DNA of 64,000 bases, from positions 7,724-71,723 of the forward strand of contig JASJDA010000030.1 of assembly GCA_030065755.1 (NCBI GenBank), in the 5' to 3' direction. Each line of letters begins with the position of its first letter. The first letter of the stretch is position 1. Below the pieces are notes generated by a model that did not search any database, was not told the origin of the DNA, and worked only from the letters and a program-made list of their open reading frames with translations. The stretch is from Prochloraceae cyanobacterium. GTDB lineage: Bacteria; Cyanobacteriota; Cyanobacteriia; Cyanobacteriales; JASJDA01. The position numbers and the translations under genes are program-made. Positions 1-7,495 of this stretch are shown here, piece by piece.

Positions 1-532
1 ATCTGGACGCTTGTGCAAAGCGATAAATTGCTTAGGATATTTTCTCGTTTTAGCTTTGTTTTTTTTTATGTGATTTGAACTGCAGAAAAAACTCAAGACA
101 ACTACATAAATCATAAATAAGACCGGAGGCAGTAAAATATCGTTAAGAGCGCAAATCATTGAATTGCTACACATTTTGTCCCTCAACACAGTGAAAATAT
201 TAACAATAATCTCAAACTTGTTGCTGACGATCGTATCATAAATATCTGCATATTTGTCAATATTAAACTTAGGAATTTTCCAGTAAATAGAGGAGTATTA
301 CAATATTAATATTTCAATATTTTTTAAAAATATGCTATAATAAAACTAAAAAATATCTATTATTTTATTCAGTAAAATCGGACAATTAAAAGAAAAATGT
401 TCAGATAAATCTGAACATCAATGTGGTAATATTTTTAGATTAGGTAAGCAATAAAAGCTAATAGCTGCCTAATCTCTCTTAGCTAGCAACAATGATGATA
501 ACCTTGTTAGCTTTGAAGATGACAATTTTGAT

Positions 533-586
533 TTAATTGTAGAATATGCATTAATTGCATTAACTTAATGCATATTCTACAATTAA
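533..586. other. perfect 22-bp stem / 10-nt loop inverted repeat
   Basis: ttaattgtagaatatgcattaa - ttgcattaac - ttaatgcatattctacaattaa. Not adjacent to any supported ORF end. Confidence 0.85.
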
Positions 587-1079
587 TGCCGCTCCCCAGT
601 AACTAAAATGTGTAATTAATTGTGTATAAGCACTTAAGTCTAATTTTTGGTGGCTTTAGCAATGATATAGCAGTCGAAGCAAAAGTTAAGATACTTTTCT
701 CTTGAGAAGTAGACGAATTGCGAAGTTGGCTAATCTACAACTTGTTGTCCTAGTCTATAGTTCGACTGCTGTAATATCTGGAGACAATAAATATGATAAT
801 AACGGTATGGCTGGTGAATCTAACAATGATATTTTTTCTAGCCAGTTTGGTAACGATAGTATGTGGAGCGGCTTTGGTTTCAATTAACTTTATAGTGGCA
901 ACAGCCAAAAATCCTTAACATAATCAAGTCCCGATCTGTACTTGACTAAAAAACATTTACAGAGTGAATCCAGACTGTTGATGTCGTAAGTAATGAACAG
1001 CTTAATACTTATCGCTCTAATACAAAAGTAATAAAGTTAAAAGTTTTTGACAAAAGACTTACAACAAAAGACTTGATAA

Positions 1080-1295
1080 TTATCTTTGTGCTTTTCTCAA
1101 AAGTATTTGTTCTATATTAAGTTGAGCCGCTCGCAAAGCATCTTCTTTTCTACAACAACATCCTTCCCCAAAATCACTTGACCAGCCCCAGGAGGTTTCA
1201 TATTTTGACAACAAAATAACATATTTCTTATAAACAAGAGCTTGAGTACTTTGGGGTCCACCGTTACAATTATTTTGACGAGTATACATAAACAA
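1080..1295 (-). CDS. hypothetical small Cys-rich protein (71 aa)
   Basis: Only ORF in the AT-rich 1-1534 stretch that is clearly more GC-balanced than its surroundings. Contains a CCC triplet and a C-terminal helical tail (EDALRAAQLNIEQILL). No family recognised. An alternative overlapping frame (1112..1327) looks like low-complexity noise. Confidence 0.3.
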   Translation of the reverse strand: MFMYTRQNNCNGGPQSTQALVYKKYVILLSKYETSWGWSSDFGEGCCCRKEDALRAAQLNIEQILLRKAQR

Positions 1296-1534
1296 TCTCG
1301 CTTATTCAAATAAAAAAAACTAATCAATTTATGTAATTAGTTTCATTAATTTAGCAACTAAGTAATTGAGATTTTTTCAAACTTTATGAATTTTTTGTAA
1401 CTGTTAAAGAATCACTTTTTATTTTTAGTTTGAGTTATTTCCAGTCATGTGATCTGCCTAGCAATTAGCGAATAAATGATCTCGAACTCCTATTCGGTTC
1501 TGGTTTTTACGAACTTTGATTACTGGCTGCTCTT

Positions 1535-2413
1535 TCAATTTGTTTCATATAAGCGAGCTGGTTTTTCTCTAATTCTTTGAGAAATAGGAATCACTCTAGT
1601 CACCACTTGAATTAAGTATTCATACTCAGGGACTGGCTCATCAGGCAAGTATCCTAATGATTCAATTAACTCAGAGTCAGCTTCGCTCACAGCCAGATAT
1701 ATTTGTTGCTGTTGCTCTGAATCCAAGCTAGGGGACACTATTATAGAACCATTAGGGACTGAGTGAATATCTGTGTGCAAAATACGGAAAGACTTTTGAG
1801 GATAATCTTGGCGGTAGCGATTATATTTAGCTAGAGATAAAGCTCCCGCCGCCACTTCTTGTTGATAAATCCAGTAAGGAGTTTTTTTAGGGGTAGGAGC
1901 CAACTTAACTGACTCTAGGGTTAAGCCATAAAGATTGTAGAGGGGAAAATAATAACCTGTGGCCGAACCTGGTTGGCCCAGAGCGAAGATTTTTCCTTGT
2001 AGGGAAGGTAAATCTGTTATGGAACTATCTGCGAGAACGACTATTACTGAGATAGTATTCTCCCCTCCTTCTAAAGAAACGAGCGGCTTATACTGTTGTT
2101 GAGAAACTGCAAGCGCCGCCAGACCTGGAGGGGCAAACACCACATCCCACTGTTGGCTTTGAATTCGTTTTTTTGCTTTGACTTCGTTATAAGCTGGTTC
2201 GAGTTCGATTACGGTGTTGAGTTTAACACTGAGATAATTTTTGAGCTCTAAGTATTGGTCGAAGGATTGTTTTTGTTGTCCATAACTTACGATACCTATG
2301 GTTAATTTATTTAATCGAGAGCCAGGAGAAGATTTTTGGCTACATCCTGTCAAGATTAACAAAAATATCAGAATAATCAGACGCAATGCCAACATTATTA
2401 CCTTTGAGAACAC
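1535..2413 (-). CDS. PhnD-like ABC-transporter substrate-binding lipoprotein (phosphate/phosphonate family)
   Basis: 292-aa ORF with a lipoprotein signal and lipobox (LLILTGCSQ). General PhnD-type periplasmic binding-protein pattern (GQPGSATGYYFPLY). Confidence 0.7.
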   Translation of the reverse strand: MFSKVIMLALRLIILIFLLILTGCSQKSSPGSRLNKLTIGIVSYGQQKQSFDQYLELKNYLSVKLNTVIELEPAYNEVKAKKRIQSQQWDVVFAPPGLAALAVSQQQYKPLVSLEGGENTISVIVVLADSSITDLPSLQGKIFALGQPGSATGYYFPLYNLYGLTLESVKLAPTPKKTPYWIYQQEVAAGALSLAKYNRYRQDYPQKSFRILHTDIHSVPNGSIIVSPSLDSEQQQQIYLAVSEADSELIESLGYLPDEPVPEYEYLIQVVTRVIPISQRIREKPARLYETN

Positions 2414-2655
2414 CAGGGAGATAAATATTCAATCCTCGCTAGCTCCATTAACTTTTTAATGCCATCGATATTGCAGCGATAGTTATCTGCTAGCATCTGT
2501 TCGGCTTGATTTCTGGCTGCCGATGCCGAGTTGCCAAACGAAATCAATTCTTCTTCTTGATTGCCTGTTATGCTTTCAACTGGAACAATACAACTATATA
2601 GGGGTTCATTTCTTCTGGGTTCAAGTATCATCAGTTGTTTCTTCTTTAACAGCAT
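2398..2655 (-). CDS. hypothetical protein (85 aa)
   Basis: ORF whose stop overlaps the start of the downstream PhnD-like gene by 16 nt, suggesting translational coupling. No family recognised. Confidence 0.4.
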   Translation of the reverse strand: MLLKKKQLMILEPRRNEPLYSCIVPVESITGNQEEELISFGNSASAARNQAEQMLADNYRCNIDGIKKLMELARIEYLSPWCSQR

Positions 2656-2702
2656 TTATTAATGTTACATATACAGTTAAGAACTACAAAAAATTCTCAT
2701 CA

Positions 2703-3283
2703 TTATTTTCCAGCTTTCTTCCCTTCAATCAGAGAAAAATTGGTCACGCTCATACTGATTGGAATTTGACCATCGGGCAGATTCGCCCTAGCAAAAAGTT
2801 GCAGCCGATTTTGAGGAAAAAGTTTAATTTCAACATCCCCAAAGGATACAGGTTGACCTCCTGATAATTCATCTATTGCCTGAATTTTTTGATTTTCAAT
2901 CGCGCCCCCTCACCAATTCGGCTTTGAAAGCGCGGTTGATATCCACCTCGGAGAGCTTGATGGAAGCGAGGGCCTGTGTAGGCTGTTTCAGAGCAATTTT
3001 ACCTTGTAAGACGGAACTAAAATCTAGTGAGACAGCATCTGTTTCAAAAGACATCACCATAGTACGGAAATCGAGAGCGAATCACCAAACCTTGTCCCTT
3101 CATCTGAAAGCTGTCAATAGTACCCTGCAACAACTTACTTGTTGGATTACACTTAACCTCTACTTTGACTGAGTCACTGCGAGTAAACAGATGCTCAATA
3201 GCTTTGCTAGCAACCTTATTGAGAAGATTCTCCCCCCAGTCCCCATTTGAATTTTGGTAAAAACCAATTAAGCCAATAAACAT
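2703..3283 (-). pseudogene. DUF2993 (LmeA-like) family gene disrupted by two frameshifts
   Basis: The 79-aa ORF 3044..3283 (..VKVEVKCNPTSKLLQGTIDSFQMKGQGLVIR) matches the N-terminal half of cyanobacterial DUF2993 proteins. The family pattern continues in a second frame (LDFRTMVMSFETDAVSLDFSSVLQGKIALKQPTQALASIKLSEVDINRAFKAELVRG). It then continues in a third frame (IENQKIQAIDELSGGQPVSFGDVEIKLFPQNRLQLFARANLPDGQIPISMSVTNFSLIEGKKAGK, stop at 2703-2705). The shifts lie near 3070-3082 and at the C5 run 2905-2909. Confidence 0.7.
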
Positions 3284-3320
3284 ATCGAACTATCCATTTA
3301 CTTGTCTAGCTTAGATGGGA

Positions 3321-3416
3321 TGATAATCAGTAAACAGTAATCAGTAATCAGTTATCAATGAAAGGAATATTTTCTTCAATTTGATTACTGATGAGTGATA
3401 ACTGATTACTGATTTA
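3321..3416. repeat. inverted arrays of heptamer repeats (CAGTAAT/CAGTTAT vs ATTACTG/ATAACTG) forming a long hairpin
   Basis: Left arm tgataatcagtaaacagtaatcagtaatcagttatca and right arm tgattactgatgagtgataactgattactgattta flank a ~25-nt centre. The arms are imperfectly complementary in several registers. Confidence 0.8.
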
Positions 3417-3494
3417 ACTAGGGCAGCTCAGACTAACCACAACCTACAAGTCAAATTGTCGAGTTAGTCTCAGCACCACTAAATATTTCAGTAA

Positions 3495-4001
3495 TTAGTT
3501 AGGGAAATAATTTATTCCCATGTCCCCAACAATTTGGCGCAAAATTGTGATTTGTTGCGAAAATTCTAAATTTTCAAGCGCAGTCAGTAGATTCAATGCT
3601 TCCCTACTCATTTGATAAGAAGAGGGCACCTCAATGACTACACCTTCTTCCATTAATTCAGCCAGCTTATACCAGAAAGCTAGTTTCGTATTATTGGTCA
3701 AAATTCCGTAAGCACGGCTAATCTGAGTGTCAGCTTTTTGGGCCAACTCACGCATTACTTGCAACTGCTCTTGATGAGACATTTGCTTAATCTGGTCTAG
3801 CAAACCTTCAGCAAATTGTAGCCTAGCAGCACCAGGGGCCGCTGGAGTTATGGATGTGCCTATTCTCGTGTAAGCGAACCACAGTAGACCTAGTTGCTCG
3901 TCAACTGGGAGCCCTTTAAATAGGGCAATTGTGGCTGGTACAGCATCAACTAAATTGGGATTAGAGAAGTATTTAAGAGCGGAATCTGCTGTGTAAGTCA
4001 T
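3495..4001 (-). CDS. helical carotenoid protein (HCP; homolog of the OCP N-terminal domain)
   Basis: ORF trimmed to Met30 (MTYTADSALKYF..). Collinear with the N-terminal domain of the OCP encoded at 33339: AVPATIALFKGLPVDEQLGLLWFAYTRIGTSITPAAPGAARLQFAE compares with AVPATIARFSQLSAEDQLALIWFAYLEMGKTITVAAPGAANMQFAE. No NTF2-like C-terminal domain. Confidence 0.85.
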   Translation of the reverse strand: MTYTADSALKYFSNPNLVDAVPATIALFKGLPVDEQLGLLWFAYTRIGTSITPAAPGAARLQFAEGLLDQIKQMSHQEQLQVMRELAQKADTQISRAYGILTNNTKLAFWYKLAELMEEGVVIEVPSSYQMSREALNLLTALENLEFSQQITILRQIVGDMGINYFPN

Positions 4002-4259
4002 AGCTATGAGAAGAAGGAGCGATCCTTGATTGTGAAAAATTTGGAGAAGCTTGTTTTTTTTAGCTTCTTGTTTGAAATTATGTATCAATTTTTAAGTTTT
4101 TACAAATATTTTTTATATATCCTTGACAAAAGAAAAAATTATCTGATAAAAAAGATGTTTATTGAAACAAGTGACTGTATAATCAATAGCCTAAGGGTAA
4201 AATCACGAAAGTGGGGGACTGATCTTCGACATTTAGTTAAAATATTTTTTGATTATCAG

Positions 4260-4853
4260 TTAATGGTCTTCAGTAGATATCATTGGTGGTTTGACTTCAT
4301 AACCTGCTGCCATAAGAAGTTCCCAAGTATTTGGCTGTTGATGTTCTTCAAATACCTTTAACCAATATTCTTGTTCAATAAGCAGTGAGCTTGATTCAGT
4401 TTCAGAAACTAATAACGTCATTTCTTGATGAGATTCTACTTGTTGATTATTTAAATTAAGTTTTAACCATTTTTTTATTTTTTGATCTAACTCTTCAAGC
4501 TCAAAAGGTTTATTGAGTGCATCACTGGCTCCAACTCTCATAACCTCCGACTTACTCAACCCCCCTAAAGAACACAAACAAAGTAGGGGAACATCACTTA
4601 AAGCCGAAGAGTCAAGGCGAATACTCTCGATGAGCGTAGTGACATTTTTCTGTGCTGGGACAATATTTAAGATAATTAAGTCTGGTTTAAGACCATAGCC
4701 CTTAATCAATTGGGTTAAAGAATCACTAACAGTGATTCTAATAGTTTTATACTGCCATTTTTCCAGCAGGGATCCCAGTAGACAGGTATTATTGTCATAA
4801 TAGTCAATTAAGCAAATGAGTTGACCTGACTGATTGGCGCTCAAAGAAGACAT
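4260..4853 (-). CDS. response-regulator-like protein with a degenerate receiver domain (phospho-acceptor Asp replaced by Asn)
   Basis: CheY-fold pattern: beta1 ICLIDYYDNN, beta3 PDLIILNIVP (Asn where the phosphorylated Asp is expected), beta4 PLLCLCS, beta5 GASDALNKP. Has a ~70-aa C-terminal extension. Confidence 0.7.
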   Translation of the reverse strand: MSSLSANQSGQLICLIDYYDNNTCLLGSLLEKWQYKTIRITVSDSLTQLIKGYGLKPDLIILNIVPAQKNVTTLIESIRLDSSALSDVPLLCLCSLGGLSKSEVMRVGASDALNKPFELEELDQKIKKWLKLNLNNQQVESHQEMTLLVSETESSSLLIEQEYWLKVFEEHQQPNTWELLMAAGYEVKPPMISTEDH

Positions 4854-5282
4854 GGCTAGGTTAGTAAAAGAGCAGTTGTCAATTTTGTGGTGCCAACTTG
4901 ACAGAAAAACAAACCGTACAAAATTAGAGTTATTTTTTATTGAGCGGCAGTTTTATAAGTGTCAAGCGGACACTTTCCCTGAAGGCAGAAGCCTTGGTCA
5001 TAGCTATAGGTATGTAAATTAATATAAAAATTTGCCGGCTTTTGTAAAAATATTTACCAATTATTGACAATAATCTTAAGTTTTTGCTAAGAACCTTTAT
5101 CCTCACTGTCTTGCAATTTTCTTTCAACTTACATTTATTAATGTAATATAACTGAACTTTTTGTTCGCCATAATTGTGATGAGTAAGCCAGTTGTTCACT
5201 TCATTAAAGAAAAAAATAAATTCATCGATTTGGACTATGGAAACTACTTTCGGGTCAACTAGGGAGCGACGCAAGAGCAAAG

Positions 5283-5510
5283 GATACTCTCAAAGTTACT
5301 GACGAGCGCACGGGAATTAAATATCCCCTTGCCGATTATTCCCTCACTCCCAAGATGGCGAGCGTCGATCCCGAATTAGTCCTGAATATGCCTAAATCTC
5401 TGACAGCTTTCGGTGGGCTCGATGCTTTAACCCACGCCAAAGAAGCCTATGTCTCCGTATTGGCAACAGAATTTACTAATGGACTAGCACTAGAAGCAAT
5501 CGATTTACTC
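5283..5510 (+). pseudogene. relic fragment of an iron-containing alcohol dehydrogenase (AdhE-type)
   Basis: The translation VTDERTGIKYPLADYSLTPKMASVDPELVLNMPKSLTAFGGLDALTHAKEAYVSVLATEFTNGLALEAIDLL matches the internal ADH-domain segment of AdhE (..KYPLADYALTPDMAIVD..MPKSL.AFGGLDA.THA.EAYVSVLA.EF..G.AL.A..LL). There is no upstream or downstream continuation. Confidence 0.75.
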
Positions 5511-5583
5511 ATTTCTGTTGTCATAAATACTTCTAGTCATTGGAGGAATATTATGCAGATCATAATGAACTATTGTATCTGTA

Positions 5584-6594
5584 TCAACAACGAATATATT
5601 CTTTAAGAAGACGATTCCGTGATGGATGGCGTAGCTTGCGCAGAGCTTTGCCTTCAAGTTGGCGAATGCGTTCGCGAGTAACTTTAAAGATCTTGGCAAT
5701 TTCTTCTAAAGTTTTCGTTCGTCCGTCATCTAAGCCGTAACGCAAACGTAGTACTTCCCGTTCGCGAGTCGTGAGACTCTCAAGCATTTTTTCTAGATCT
5801 TCGCTAAGAAAGTTGGTTGAGAGTACTTCATTTGGACTTTTCTCATGAGCTTCGATCAAATCCCCCAATCGCGTATCTTCTTGCTTACCAACAGGAGTTT
5901 CTAAAGACAGAGGCAATTGAGTGGCTCTCTTAATAAATCTTAACTTATCTTGGGTTATTTCCATCTCAATTGCGATTTCCTCATCACGAGGCAAACGACC
6001 TAATTTTTGAGAGAGAATTTTAGTTGTTTTTTTAATCTGACAAAGAGTCTCGTAGAGGTGAACGGGAAGGCGAATAGTACGGGACTGGTCGGCGATGGCG
6101 CGGCTAATTGATTGTCTGATCCACCAGGTGGCGTAAGTTGAGAATTTATAGCCTAAAGAGGCATCAAACTTTTCAGAGGCTCTGATTAAACCTATTGATC
6201 CTTCTTGAATCAAGTCAAGTAATGATAAACCACGATTGATGTATTTCTTAGCTATGGAGACAACTAAACGCAAATTAGACTGCACCATTTTGTCTTTAGC
6301 TTTTCTTCCTTGATAAAGACGACGACGAAACTCTGACAAGTCGAGAGGGACTTGCTCGGCCCATTCTTTTTCACTAGGAGAGCGAGCGTTACGTTGTCTG
6401 AACTCAGAGCGGATCCGTTCTAATTCTAATAAATCAGCAATAGACCTTGCTAGCTCAATTTCTTCACTAGCTCGAAGGAGCTTAATGCTACCAATTTCTT
6501 TTAAATAGATCCCAATGGAATCTTCCCTACCAGTTTGGGGCCGTAGCTTGGGATTGCTCGTGTTAGTAATTTGCAATTGATTAGCGTCGTTCAT
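5584..6594 (-). CDS. RNA polymerase sigma-70 factor, group 2 (RpoD/SigA family)
   Basis: 336 aa. Region 2 (YKFSTYATWWIRQSISRAIADQSRTIRLPVH), region 3 and region 4.2 (TLEEIAKIFKVTRERIRQLEGKALRKLRH) are present. The short N-terminus fits a group-2 rather than a primary sigma factor. Confidence 0.9.
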   Translation of the reverse strand: MNDANQLQITNTSNPKLRPQTGREDSIGIYLKEIGSIKLLRASEEIELARSIADLLELERIRSEFRQRNARSPSEKEWAEQVPLDLSEFRRRLYQGRKAKDKMVQSNLRLVVSIAKKYINRGLSLLDLIQEGSIGLIRASEKFDASLGYKFSTYATWWIRQSISRAIADQSRTIRLPVHLYETLCQIKKTTKILSQKLGRLPRDEEIAIEMEITQDKLRFIKRATQLPLSLETPVGKQEDTRLGDLIEAHEKSPNEVLSTNFLSEDLEKMLESLTTREREVLRLRYGLDDGRTKTLEEIAKIFKVTRERIRQLEGKALRKLRHPSRNRLLKEYIRC

Positions 6595-6863
6595 TGCCTT
6601 TCCTCAATTGACTACACTTTTTCGGCTCTTAACGAGAAGCTTTAAATAGTAACCCATAATAGCCAAAGATAACAAAACATCTTTGAGTCTTACTTTAATC
6701 AAAGTTTTTCCTTAGATTTTTGAGAAACTAAATATTTCTTGAAAATGTTTGTAAAATTAAATCCGGAAAAAAGAATAATTATTTATTCATTAAGATGAGC
6801 ATTTTTGTTAAAAATGATACTAAATCAATTTCTCAAAAATCAGATTTTATTAGGAGCTCTTAA

Positions 6864-6901
6864 ATCAGTTATCAGTTATCAGTTATCAGTTATCAGTTAT
6901 C
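6864..6901. repeat. tandem heptamer repeat (ATCAGTT x5 plus a partial unit)
   Basis: atcagtt repeated five times in perfect register. The array ends 7 nt before the ATG of the response regulator at 6908. Confidence 0.9.
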
Positions 6902-6907
6902 TTTAAT

Positions 6908-7378
6908 ATGGTTGAAATTTGTAGTTTAAAAATCAAACCAATTCTCTTAATTTTAGATAATCCAGAAGAGATTCACAGTCTCAAACAAATTTTTGCCCAA
7001 ATCAATCCTAGTATTCCCCTAATTTATCTCCCCAAAATAAAAGAAGGAGTTGATTATTTTCAAGGAGAGGGAATTTATAAGAATCGCTCCTTATATCCTA
7101 TTCCTCAGTTAGTTTTATTAGATTTAAATTTACCAGATGGTTCTAGTTTTCAATTTCTAGAATGGCTTAAATTACAAAGAAGATTTAAAAAAATTCCTCT
7201 CGTTGTTTTAAGTGAACCTTGTCTTCAAGAATACAAACAATTGGTAGTTGACTATGGGGCCGAGTTTTTTTTGAATAAACCGTTGCCTTTTCCTTGTCTA
7301 ATTAGTATTTTTAACTCTATTTGCACTCATCTCATTCAAGACGAGCACTCTCAACTGGTACACAGTAATATGCATTAA
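6908..7378 (+). CDS. single-domain response regulator (CheY/Rcp1-like receiver)
   Basis: 156 aa. Receiver motifs are intact: ILLILDNPEE, LVLLDLNLPDGSS (phospho-acceptor Asp), PLVVLSE, FFLNKP. Confidence 0.85.
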   Translation: MVEICSLKIKPILLILDNPEEIHSLKQIFAQINPSIPLIYLPKIKEGVDYFQGEGIYKNRSLYPIPQLVLLDLNLPDGSSFQFLEWLKLQRRFKKIPLVVLSEPCLQEYKQLVVDYGAEFFLNKPLPFPCLISIFNSICTHLIQDEHSQLVHSNMH

Positions 7379-7495
7379 TTTACTTTTAATTGACCAAAGA
7401 CGAGTAATGGTGTACATTCCCATTAAATTGAGATTGCAAGAAAGGAGTTTGGTGAGCAACACCTGCACAATTGACGAGTAGCTGAAGAAAAATAA

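Noticed and set aside
1-297. Open reading frame on the minus strand running off the left edge (..KYADIYDTIVSNKFEIIVNIFTVLRDKMCSNSMICALNDILLPPVLFMIYVVVLSFFCSSNHIKKNKAKTRKYPKQFIALHKRPD). The first ATG is at 172-174.
   Set aside because: It may be the N-terminus of a membrane protein continuing outside the window. However, only about 58-99 codons are visible and no family motif is recognisable, so it is not reported as a feature.
702-918. Small ORFs in the AT-rich leader region: the 61-aa ORF 702..887 (TTG start), and an overlapping 41-aa hydrophobic ORF 793..918 (MIITVWLVNLTMIFFLASLVTIVCGAALVSINFIVATAKNP) with a GGAG 10 nt upstream.
   Set aside because: Both are short and mutually exclusive, with no recognisable family. 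Hydrophobic peptides arise easily by chance in AT-rich DNA. Neither can be supported without conservation or ribosome-profiling data.
4930-5280. 116-aa minus-strand ORF between the pseudo-receiver gene and the ADH relic.
   Set aside because: It has low-complexity, Lys/Ile/Phe-rich composition typical of AT-rich non-coding DNA, and no motif.
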